Source: Dehalococcoidia bacterium (GTDB lineage Bacteria > Chloroflexota > Dehalococcoidia > SM23-28-2 > RBG-16-64-32). Taken from it: a stretch of DNA of 64,000 nt. Position 1 is the first letter of the stretch. The number at the start of each line of letters is the position of its first letter. Location: contig CAXXTF010000002.1 of NCBI GenBank assembly GCA_963665775.2, positions 832,001 through 896,000 on the forward strand, in the 5' to 3' direction. A program made the translations under genes and the position numbers. The notes under the pieces are model-generated. The model was not told the origin of the DNA and searched no databases. It saw nothing but the letters and a program-made list of their open reading frames with translations. Of the stretch, positions 39,837 to 48,389 are shown piece after piece.

Positions 39837-41762
39837 CTAGGTGTTACCGTCCTCTCCCACAAAACCGTGTTCCAACAGGAACAGGAAGCACCTCTCGGCG
39901 AGCTCGTCAGGAGAGCCCTGCACGACTTTCTCATCCCGGGAAGAGCCTCCACCGCCCGTGGACTGCCAGGTTGAGCCCTTAGATTGGGTTTGAATACGCT
40001 TCGCGACCGGCTTGGGTGGACCCACCCTCACCACCTCGATAGCGGACCCGGTTGCCCCCACCTCATCCTCTCCCAACCCCAAGTCCGTGCGGCCCCAGCG
40101 GCTCATGGGTCGGGACGGCGCTGCCAGCACATCTCGGAGTCGAGCGTAGCGCGGACGGTTGATGCCCGGCTGCACCGCCAGCACCGCCGGCAGCAGGCAG
40201 TCCACCATGGCTTGCCTACCCCATTCGAGCGCTTGGCGAGCAACGACGCGCCCGCCCCCTTCGACGGCGATGGCAAGGATGTCGCTGATGGCGGCGGCTC
40301 CCAACAGCTGGCCCAGCTGAAGGGGCAGCTGCCCGCCGTCGCCATCAGCGCCGCGGTTGCCACACAGGACGATCTGCGCACCGAGACGGTGAACGGCAGC
40401 CGCCAGGATGCGGGCGGTGGCGAGGCTGTCCGAGCCGACAAAGGCCTCGTCCCACAGGAGGACCGCGTCGTCAACACCCAGGGCCAGCGCCTGGCGCAGG
40501 ACATCCTCCCCGGCCGAGGGGCCCACATGCAAGGCGACCACCCGCAGTGAGGGGGACCGATCCTTAATGGCTAACGCCTCCTCCAGAGCGTGCAAATCAG
40601 CCGGCCCCATGAGCCGCGGGACGGCGTCTATCTCCTCAGGCCGCCGCGAATTAAACCGAACCTCTGCATCAAGGCTGCGGCTCAGGCACACAGCGATGCA
40701 GCGGACGCCCTCGTCGCTCTCCCCTCCCTCGGATGCCGACGGCAGGGGGCTGTCGAACTCCTTGAAGGCCGCCTGTTGCGGAAGCTGACGCAGGCGGTCC
40801 AACAGCGGCGGCAGAATCTCATGCACGTTACCCACAAGCGCCAGCTGGGCCATCTCCGTAATCGGGGCGTAAGCATCCTGGTTGATCGTCACCACCGCTT
40901 CGGAGTCCCGCATGCCGAAAACATGCTGGGTAGCCCCCGAAATACCGCAAGCGATGTACAGCTGCGGGGCCACGACTCTGCCGCTGGACCCTATCTGGCG
41001 CGATGATGCCGCCCAGCCCGCGTCTACGGCCGGACGGGATGCTGCCACGGCACCACCCAGCAAACCGGCCAGCTCCTCCAGCGGCTGAAAACCTTCGGGG
41101 CCCCCTAAACCGCGCCCACCAGCAACTACGACCTCCGCTTGAGTCACATCGAGCGCGGTGGGAGGCGGACGCTCGATGCGCCGGAGAAAGCGCCCCTGTC
41201 GGAACCCTTCCAGGCGCAGGATCAGCGGCTTCACCTCCGGTTCGCCCTGCCCACCGCCTCCACTACTAGAGAGCGAATCGGGCAAGAGAGTGGCGATCTG
41301 CGGGCGGCGCGAGGGACACACGACTGTGCAGGAAGCGCGCCCACCGTAGACCGGTCGAAGCATAGTGATGAGACCTCCATCCTCCACATCGACGCGTAGG
41401 CAGCCGGAGGCCAGGCCGGTGTCCAGGATAGCGGCCAGCCGGGGAGCCAGCTCGTTCCCCATAGCGGTAGCGGCCAGCAGGAACACCGAAGGTTGCGCCT
41501 CTCGTACGATCTCCGCTAGCGCTGCCGCCATAGCCTCAAGGCTGTGGTCGTTCAGTCGCGCATCCTCTCCCAGGTAGACCGTGTCAGCCGGAATAGAGGT
41601 CGCCAGCGGGGCAACGTTGTCCCCTAGGAGCACGGCCGCCGCGCGTGACCCGAGATCCCGGGCGACGCGGCCCGCTTCCGCTGCCAGCCCCAGAGCAGTT
41701 GGCGCGAGCTTGCCTTCCTGCTGTTCGGCAAGAAACCAGACGGTGGCATCTTCGTTAGCCAT
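39837..41762 (-). CDS. Fused electron transfer flavoprotein, alpha then beta
   Basis: N-half: GGRG, SRPAVDAGW, QIGSSG, PQLYIACGISGATQH (EtfA). C-half: DLHALEEAL, ALALGVDDA, DSLATA, GNRGADGDGGQ, NRPRY (EtfB). Confidence 0.9.
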   Translation of the reverse strand: MANEDATVWFLAEQQEGKLAPTALGLAAEAGRVARDLGSRAAAVLLGDNVAPLATSIPADTVYLGEDARLNDHSLEAMAAALAEIVREAQPSVFLLAATAMGNELAPRLAAILDTGLASGCLRVDVEDGGLITMLRPVYGGRASCTVVCPSRRPQIATLLPDSLSSSGGGGQGEPEVKPLILRLEGFRQGRFLRRIERPPPTALDVTQAEVVVAGGRGLGGPEGFQPLEELAGLLGGAVAASRPAVDAGWAASSRQIGSSGRVVAPQLYIACGISGATQHVFGMRDSEAVVTINQDAYAPITEMAQLALVGNVHEILPPLLDRLRQLPQQAAFKEFDSPLPSASEGGESDEGVRCIAVCLSRSLDAEVRFNSRRPEEIDAVPRLMGPADLHALEEALAIKDRSPSLRVVALHVGPSAGEDVLRQALALGVDDAVLLWDEAFVGSDSLATARILAAAVHRLGAQIVLCGNRGADGDGGQLPLQLGQLLGAAAISDILAIAVEGGGRVVARQALEWGRQAMVDCLLPAVLAVQPGINRPRYARLRDVLAAPSRPMSRWGRTDLGLGEDEVGATGSAIEVVRVGPPKPVAKRIQTQSKGSTWQSTGGGGSSRDEKVVQGSPDELAERCFLFLLEHGFVGEDGNT

Positions 41763-41943
41763 AGTTCGCTCATTGCCGGATGTCCGCAGACGGCCCGGCT
41801 ACGCGGTCTGCTCTTCTTTTATGGGCTTGTGCATCTAGCTAAAGCGGCGTCCAGAGGACGCGCCCATAGTATTGCCCACCGCGCAAGAGCCGTCAATCGG
41901 ACGTTGCCCGAATCCCATCGTGCAACGCCGCTTGGTGGCGCGG

Positions 41944-43311
41944 TCAGGCCAGGGCCGTCTTTAGGGCAGCGATGAGGGCGCGGTCGTCATCGGGCCGCAC
42001 GGTGCGCGGGTCGAACAGGAGCAAGTCGCGCTCGATGCGAGCGACGACGGGGGGGCTGCCGGTGCGGAGGCCACGGGCCAGGTCGCTCAGGTAAGCGCCA
42101 TCGCCGGGGAAGGCCATCAATCGGGTCGGGAGGCTCTCTTCGGGGAGGCTGCCACCGCCGATCATGGAGCGGCCGTCCACGACGCGGGCGGGAGGGCCCA
42201 GGGCGCGGGCCCAGCGGCCGGCGCGACGCCGGATCGCCGCCAGGGGAGTGGAGATCATGCGCCAGACGGGAACCTTCTCCAGCGCCTCGCCGCGCAGGTA
42301 GTGGAGCAGGGTGGCCGCCAGCCCGGCAACGCTGGCCTTGTCCATGCGCACGGCCCGGGCCAGCGGGTGCCGCCGCAGCAGGTCGATCAGATCGGCGCCG
42401 CCGACGATGACGCCGGCCTGGGGACCGCCCAGAAGCTTATCGCCGGAGAACAGGGTGAGATCGGACCCCGCGCTAAGGCTCTCCTGCACGGTCGGCTCCG
42501 CGGCCAGGCCGAACGCGGCCGTATCCAGAAGGCAGCCGGAGCCGATATCGTCCAGGACAAGCAGACCATGCTCGTGAGCCAGACGGGCGAGGTCGCTGAG
42601 GGAGGCCGACTCGGTGAAGCCGATGATACGGAAGTTGCTGGCGTGGATGCGCATCAAGGCAACGGTGTCGGGCGTGATGGCCGACTCGTAGTCGCGCAGG
42701 TTGGTGCGGTTGGTGGTGCCCACCTCGACCAGCCGCGCGCCGGACTGGCGCAGGACATCTGGAATGCGGAAGCCGCCGCCGATCTCGACGGCCTGGCCGC
42801 GGGAGATGATGACCTCACCGGCACCGGCAAGGGCGGAGAGGGCCAGCAGAAGGGCGGAGGCGTTGTTATTGACGGCGATAGCCGCGGGGGCGCCGGTGAC
42901 CTGGCGGAGGAGCTCCTCCAGGTGGAGATGGCGGGAGCCCCGCTCGCCGGCAGCCAAGTCAAATTCCAGGTTGGAGTAACCGCGGGCGACGGCGCCCATG
43001 GCAGCGATGGCGTCGTCCGAGAGGGGGGCGCGACCCAGGTTGGTGTGAATGATGACGCCGGTGGCGTTGATCACGGGCCGCAGCGACGGGCGGAAAAGCG
43101 TGTCGGCCAGACCCAGCACCGTCGCCACGATCTGCTCCTCGCCGGGAGCCGGGAGCCCCTGGGCGATCGAGGCGCGCGCCGTCTCCAGGGCCTCCCGCGC
43201 CAGTTGCCTGACGAGGGAAGCCGCCTGGCCATCGCCCAGGGCGCGGATGCGCTGATGAGCCAAGAGCCGGTCGACTGAGGGGAGGGTGCGGTATGGGTTA
43301 TCGGCGGTCAT
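41944..43311 (-). CDS. selA: L-seryl-tRNA(Sec) selenium transferase
   Basis: VINATGVIIHTNLGRAPL, YSNLEFDL..GERGSR, VNNNA, EIGGGFRIPD, EVGTTNRT, FSGDKLLGGPQAG. Confidence 0.97.
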   Translation of the reverse strand: MTADNPYRTLPSVDRLLAHQRIRALGDGQAASLVRQLAREALETARASIAQGLPAPGEEQIVATVLGLADTLFRPSLRPVINATGVIIHTNLGRAPLSDDAIAAMGAVARGYSNLEFDLAAGERGSRHLHLEELLRQVTGAPAAIAVNNNASALLLALSALAGAGEVIISRGQAVEIGGGFRIPDVLRQSGARLVEVGTTNRTNLRDYESAITPDTVALMRIHASNFRIIGFTESASLSDLARLAHEHGLLVLDDIGSGCLLDTAAFGLAAEPTVQESLSAGSDLTLFSGDKLLGGPQAGVIVGGADLIDLLRRHPLARAVRMDKASVAGLAATLLHYLRGEALEKVPVWRMISTPLAAIRRRAGRWARALGPPARVVDGRSMIGGGSLPEESLPTRLMAFPGDGAYLSDLARGLRTGSPPVVARIERDLLLFDPRTVRPDDDRALIAALKTALA

Positions 43312-43402
43312 GGCAGAACTGCGGGGCAATTCTACCATGTTCTATATCCCCTTCGCTTCCCTTGACCACCGTTGGGCCGCCGCATAATATGACGCTAGAA
43401 CC

Positions 43403-44515
43403 ATGCCCCAGCGACCAAATCTCCGTATCCCGGGACCTACACCCGTGCCACTTGACGTATTGGAGGCGGTGGCGCGACCTATGGTCAACCACCGGGGCCC
43501 CCAATTCGCCGCCCTGATCCAGAGGGCCAGCGCCAGACTCAAGGAGTTCTTCCAAACGGAGAATGAGGTGATGATCCTCAGCACCTCCGGTACGGGCGGG
43601 ATGGAGGCAGCAGTCGTAAATACGCTTTCCCCGGGCGACAAGGTGCTGGCGGTAAGCACCGGCGCCTTTGGCGACCGCTTCGCCTCGATCGCGGAGGCTT
43701 ACGGCGCCGCGGTGGTCCCCCTGGCCTACGAGTGGGGGCAGGCGGCAGACCCAGCAGACGTTGGCCGGGCCCTGGCCAAGGACGCCGCCATAAAGGCGGT
43801 GCTGGTAACCCACAACGAGACGTCCACCGGCGTCACCAACCCCCTGGAAGCGATCGCCAGCGTGGTGCGGGAGAACGATCGCCTGATCCTCGTGGACGGT
43901 GTAAGCAGCCTGGGAGCGATCCCGCTGGACACGGACGGCTGGGGGCTGGACGTGGTGGTGACCGCCTCGCAAAAGGGGTGGATGGTGCCGCCGGGGCTGG
44001 CCTTCGTCGCCGTGAGCGAACGGGGTTGGAAGGCGAACGAAAGCGCCAAGATGCCCCGCTTTTACTTTGACCTGGCCAGGCACCGGAAGATGATCCATAA
44101 CGGCCAGACGCCCTGGACGCCAACCGTTTCGGTCTTCTTCGGACTGGACGTGGCCCTGGAACGAATGGCCGCCGAGGGGCAGGAGCGCATATTCGCCCGA
44201 CACGCCCGCCTGAGCCAACTCGTACGCGACGGCGTGAAGGCTCTGGGACTGGAGCTGTTCGCGGCGGACCAGCGGTTCGCCTCGGCCACGGTGACCGCCA
44301 TCAAGTGCCCCGAGGGCATCGAGGTGGCCGCCCTGCGCAGCCTCCTAGAGAACGAATACGATGTGATACTGGCGGGAGGCCAGGGCAAGCTGTCCGGTAA
44401 GATCTTCCGCATCGGACACCTGGGCCTCGTGGATGAAGACGACATCCGCCATGCGCTGGAGGCGCTGGAGGCGGCCCTGCCCCGGGTGGGCTACCTGGGG
44501 GCCACCAGGCGGTAG
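43403..44515 (+). CDS. Class V PLP aminotransferase (alanine/serine-glyoxylate type; probable SerC substitute)
   Basis: IPGPTPV, SGTGGMEA, HNETSTG, ASQKG (PLP Lys), FRIGHLG; linked to serA. Confidence 0.9.
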   Translation: MPQRPNLRIPGPTPVPLDVLEAVARPMVNHRGPQFAALIQRASARLKEFFQTENEVMILSTSGTGGMEAAVVNTLSPGDKVLAVSTGAFGDRFASIAEAYGAAVVPLAYEWGQAADPADVGRALAKDAAIKAVLVTHNETSTGVTNPLEAIASVVRENDRLILVDGVSSLGAIPLDTDGWGLDVVVTASQKGWMVPPGLAFVAVSERGWKANESAKMPRFYFDLARHRKMIHNGQTPWTPTVSVFFGLDVALERMAAEGQERIFARHARLSQLVRDGVKALGLELFAADQRFASATVTAIKCPEGIEVAALRSLLENEYDVILAGGQGKLSGKIFRIGHLGLVDEDDIRHALEALEAALPRVGYLGATRR

Positions 44516-44529
44516 GTCCGCAGGCGAAG

Positions 44530-45015
44530 ATGTCAGACGGATTCCTCAAAGAGTTCATCGGAATTACGGGGGCCGACGAGAATGCCCTCGCCGAGGTGGG
44601 AGCCGTCCTTGCGGAGAAGGTGGGTCTGCAGCGGCTGGTGGAGATGGTCTACCAGCGGCTGCTTAGCTACCCGGAAACGGCGCGCTTCTTCGAGACCCAG
44701 GATGTAGAGATGCGGATACGGACCCTCGCCGCCTACATCGGCCGCCTCTTGGAGGGGGGCTTCGATTCTCAATATGACGCCGACCACACGGAGGTGGGCC
44801 GCAAGCACCAGCAGGTTGATATCCCCTTTGAGTTTCTGGTGGCCACGTACGGCTGGGTGAGGAGCCTGGTGCCGGGGTTGTTGCTAGAGGCCTTGGGCAG
44901 TGAGCCGGAACGGGCTGTCGCTCTGGCTACGTCCTTCAACAAGGCACTGGACTTCGATCTCTGCCTGCTGGCGAGGGGATACAGCAGGAGCGGTATACCC
45001 CTGGCCACTGTGTGA
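44530..45015 (+). CDS. Single-domain protoglobin/sensor-globin-like protein
   Basis: FIGIT..D N-terminus, B10 Tyr (VYQRL), CD1 Phe (PETARFF), proximal His (VGRKH..VDIP), KALDFDL..Y H-helix. Confidence 0.8.
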   Translation: MSDGFLKEFIGITGADENALAEVGAVLAEKVGLQRLVEMVYQRLLSYPETARFFETQDVEMRIRTLAAYIGRLLEGGFDSQYDADHTEVGRKHQQVDIPFEFLVATYGWVRSLVPGLLLEALGSEPERAVALATSFNKALDFDLCLLARGYSRSGIPLATV

Positions 45016-46598
45016 TGACTGTACGAGTCCTAGTCTGTGACCCCATAGCCAAAGACGGAGTGGCCGTGCTCCAGCGGTTGGGGGCCGAAGTCGATGTTCG
45101 TACCGGCCTCCCTCCCGACGAACTCCAGGACGCCGTCGACGGGTACGACGCCGTTATCGTCCGCAGCGAGACAAAGGTAACGCGGGAGATCATCGCTGCC
45201 ACGAGCCGGCTTCAGGTTATCGGCCGCGCCGGCGTCGGCGTAGACAACATCGATGTGGCGGCAGCCACGGAGAAGGGTATCGTGGTCGTGAACGCGCCCA
45301 CGGGCAACACCATCTCGGCGGCGGAGCACGCCATCGCCCTGATGCTGGCCCTGGCTCGGCACATCCCGGAGGCGAACACCTCACTCCGCGCCGGCCGCTG
45401 GGAACGTGACCGCTTTCTCGGCACGGAGATACGAGGCAAGACCATGGGGGTCATCGGCTTAGGACAGGTGGGCGCCGAGGTAGCCAGGCGGGCCCGCGGT
45501 CTGGAGATGCAGGTCATCGCCCAGGACCCCTTCATATCTGAGGAGAGGGCACGAATGCTGGGCGTCGACCTGGTTCCGTTCGACCAGTTGCTGCGGGAGT
45601 CGGACTTCATCTCCGTCCACACGACACTGACGGAAGGCACGCGAGGACTCGTCGGCGAGGCGGAGCTGCGGTCCATGAAGCCGACAGCCCGAATCATCAA
45701 CACTGCCCGAGGCGGCATCGTGGAGGAGGCGGCGCTGGAGAAGGCGCTGCGAGAGGGCTGGATCGGCGGGGCGGCCCTGGACGTGTTCGAGGCTGAACCT
45801 GTCACAGATCACCCCCTGTTCAGTCTAAACAACGTGGTGGTCACGCCGCATCTGGGCGCCTCGACCGCGGAGGCGCAGGAGCGAGTAGCGGTGGACGTAG
45901 CGGAACAGATCATGGCAGTCCTGAGCGGGGAGCCAGCCCGCTACGCCGTAAACGCGCCGTTGATCTCGCCGGAGACGTACAGCACCCTGGCGCCATACCT
46001 GCCCGTCGCCCTCAAGGTGGGCTCGCTGGCGGTTCAGATGTGCCCGGGTCAGATGAGCGGTCTGGAGATCGACTATTCGGGGGAGATCGTGCAGCATGAC
46101 CTCACGCCCCTGAAGGCGGCCGTGGTAGGAGGAGTGCTGGCCCGCGTCAGCGAAGAGCACATCAACGTGGTAAACGTGGACATCGTCGCCCAGCGACGAG
46201 GGATGAAGATAACCGAGAGGCGGGGGCCGTCCCACGAACTCTACGCGAACCTGATAACGGTGCGCATCCCCACCAGCGCCGGCGAGACGATGGTCTCGGG
46301 CACCGTGGCCCCCGATGGCCCGCACATAGTGCGCATCGACGATTTCTGGGTGGACATACCGCCCGGCGAGGGGTACCTCCTGGCCTGCGAGAACCGAGAC
46401 CGGCCGGGGATGATCGGGGCTCTGGGCACGCTGTTGGGCGGGTTCGGCGTGAACGTCAACTTCATGAACGTAGGGCGTCACGAGAAGCGGGGCACGGCCC
46501 TGATGGTGCTCACCCTGGGCGAGACCCTGACGCCGGAACAGCTGGCTCAGGTGCGGCAGATTCCGGACATCTTCGGGGCTAAGCTGGCTCGCCTGTAG
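45012..46598 (+). CDS. serA: D-3-phosphoglycerate dehydrogenase (long form with ASB and ACT domains)
   Basis: GRAGVGVDNID, NTISAAEH, GLGQVG, NTARGG, TPHLGAST.EAQ, C-terminal DRPGMIG ACT domain. Confidence 0.96.
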   Translation: MMTVRVLVCDPIAKDGVAVLQRLGAEVDVRTGLPPDELQDAVDGYDAVIVRSETKVTREIIAATSRLQVIGRAGVGVDNIDVAAATEKGIVVVNAPTGNTISAAEHAIALMLALARHIPEANTSLRAGRWERDRFLGTEIRGKTMGVIGLGQVGAEVARRARGLEMQVIAQDPFISEERARMLGVDLVPFDQLLRESDFISVHTTLTEGTRGLVGEAELRSMKPTARIINTARGGIVEEAALEKALREGWIGGAALDVFEAEPVTDHPLFSLNNVVVTPHLGASTAEAQERVAVDVAEQIMAVLSGEPARYAVNAPLISPETYSTLAPYLPVALKVGSLAVQMCPGQMSGLEIDYSGEIVQHDLTPLKAAVVGGVLARVSEEHINVVNVDIVAQRRGMKITERRGPSHELYANLITVRIPTSAGETMVSGTVAPDGPHIVRIDDFWVDIPPGEGYLLACENRDRPGMIGALGTLLGGFGVNVNFMNVGRHEKRGTALMVLTLGETLTPEQLAQVRQIPDIFGAKLARL

Positions 46599-46646
46599 GC
46601 GGGCCCAGAATGACACAGCGCGGAGCGCTGGCCAGCGGCTTCGGCG

Positions 46647-47921
46647 CTAGTCGTGCAGTGAGTTGAACAGCAGTCCAGTCGGGACCTTCGGGTAGAAGAA
46701 GGTCGATTTCTGAGGCATGCGCTCGCCGGCATCGGCGATGTCGAGGATGCGGCGCACGGGGAGAGGGTTCAGGAGCAGGGCATAGCGGCAACGTCCGCCA
46801 CGTACGCTGCCAAGCGCATCCTGGGCATCCTCGGTGAACCAGACGGTGCGAATGTCCGTCATCTTCGCCTCATCCAGGCCCATTCCGTCCCGCAGGATGG
46901 CGTGAGTCGCGATGGCGGCGTCCAGCCCGCGCCAGTCGGCTGATCGCTCCTGGGGAAGCAAGGCGTCCACAGCCTCCCGGTCGGAGGGAGTCACGAGATA
47001 GAGGTCGGGCGAATCGGCGGCGGCCAGACCGAAGGCAGGCGCCGTGCGGCCACGCTCGGCGAGAGCGGTCAGCAGGACGGATGACGAAGGCATCGAGGCG
47101 ACCTCGAACCGTCCGCGAAGGCGGCTGAGCAGCTCCTGGAGAGGGATCTCAGCCGCCGCCAGGCGATGGATGGGAAGCACCAGCAGGCCCGGGTCGTGGG
47201 CGGCGGTGAGGGCGACGAGGGCGAAGCTCTCCGGCTCGTCGCCGGTCCCAGCGGCGGCGCGGCGCTCGTCCCGATAGGCCAGGGCCGTCTCGTAGCGGTG
47301 GTGGCCATCGGCCACGTATAGCCTTTCGAGCGCGAAGGCCTGGGTAAGGGCGCCGGTCAGGTCTGGGTTATCGATGCGCCAGAGGGCCTGGGCCTCGCCT
47401 CCACCGTCGCTGAACTGAGCCAGGGGAGGCGCGCCAGTTAAGTCCGCCAGGTGCGGCGCGATGAGCCTTTTATCGTCCCTGTAGAGGAGGAAGACTGGGC
47501 TGGCGTTCAGGCCGGTAGCCCGGAGTAGCTGCATCCGATCCTCCTTAGGGGCCCCGAACGTTTGCTCGTGGGGGAGGACGACGCCTCGGTCCCACTCCTC
47601 CAGTCGCAGCCGAGCGAAGAGCATGTGCCGCGCGTAGGTCTGGCCCCCGTGCTGGAACTGCTGACGATAGACGTAGAAGGCGGGTGAGACGTCGCGGCGG
47701 AGGCTGCCCTCCTGACGCCACAGCTGGAGCGTCTCGGCGGCCCGCTGGTAGCGGTCGCCCCCGCCCTCCGTCAGCTCTATGCGCACGGCGTTGTGTGGGG
47801 AGCGCTGGTAGAGGGCGCGCTGCTCCGCGGGCGAGATGACATCGAAAGGTGGACAGATGACGGCGGCGAGGTCGATATCGGGCGCGTACCTGAGGGCACG
47901 GAAGGGCACGACCTCGCTCAT
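46647..47921 (-). CDS. DUF1015 family protein
   Basis: PFRALRY, PPFDVIS, PHEQT, YVADGHHRYETA, LPIHR, MPQKSTFFYPK. Confidence 0.92.
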   Translation of the reverse strand: MSEVVPFRALRYAPDIDLAAVICPPFDVISPAEQRALYQRSPHNAVRIELTEGGGDRYQRAAETLQLWRQEGSLRRDVSPAFYVYRQQFQHGGQTYARHMLFARLRLEEWDRGVVLPHEQTFGAPKEDRMQLLRATGLNASPVFLLYRDDKRLIAPHLADLTGAPPLAQFSDGGGEAQALWRIDNPDLTGALTQAFALERLYVADGHHRYETALAYRDERRAAAGTGDEPESFALVALTAAHDPGLLVLPIHRLAAAEIPLQELLSRLRGRFEVASMPSSSVLLTALAERGRTAPAFGLAAADSPDLYLVTPSDREAVDALLPQERSADWRGLDAAIATHAILRDGMGLDEAKMTDIRTVWFTEDAQDALGSVRGGRCRYALLLNPLPVRRILDIADAGERMPQKSTFFYPKVPTGLLFNSLHD

Positions 47922-48002
47922 GATCCGATAATAGCATTCGACGATTGCCGCGAGCCAGATCAGGGATTAGAATGTCGGCAAGACCATGGTAAGGAGTACA
48001 CG

Positions 48003-48323
48003 GTGGGCGACTGCATGTTCTGCGACATCGTGGCCCGGCGGGAGCCGGCAGAGGTCCTGTACGAGGACGACGAGGTGATGGTATTCCGCAACCGACTGCG
48101 CTGGGTGCCAGTCATGCTGCTAGCGGTGCCCAAGGTCCATAAGACCCAGCCGGACCTGTGGCGGGAGATGGGTCGGGTAAGCGAGATAGCGGTGCGGATG
48201 GGGAAGAAGCACTGCCCGAGGGGTTTCCGATTGCTCTCGAACTTCGGGGACGAGGCGATGCAAAGTCAGGAGCACGGTCACGTGCACATCCTGGGCGGAA
48301 CGTTTCTTGGAAAGTACGCCTAA
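48003..48323 (+). CDS. HIT-family nucleotide-binding protein
   Basis: CMFCDIV, VPKVH, HGHVHILGG; AAGGAG RBS before GTG 48003. Confidence 0.9.
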   Translation: MGDCMFCDIVARREPAEVLYEDDEVMVFRNRLRWVPVMLLAVPKVHKTQPDLWREMGRVSEIAVRMGKKHCPRGFRLLSNFGDEAMQSQEHGHVHILGGTFLGKYA

Positions 48324-48389
48324 GGAGTGTATATTTGACCCAGTTGAGCTACCTAGGGTTCATAACGCTATAGCGATGGAGGGGTACCA

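Noticed and set aside
41763-41943. Search for tRNA-Sec (selC) beside selA
   Set aside because: No TCA-anticodon cloverleaf found here or in the other intergenic gaps by eye
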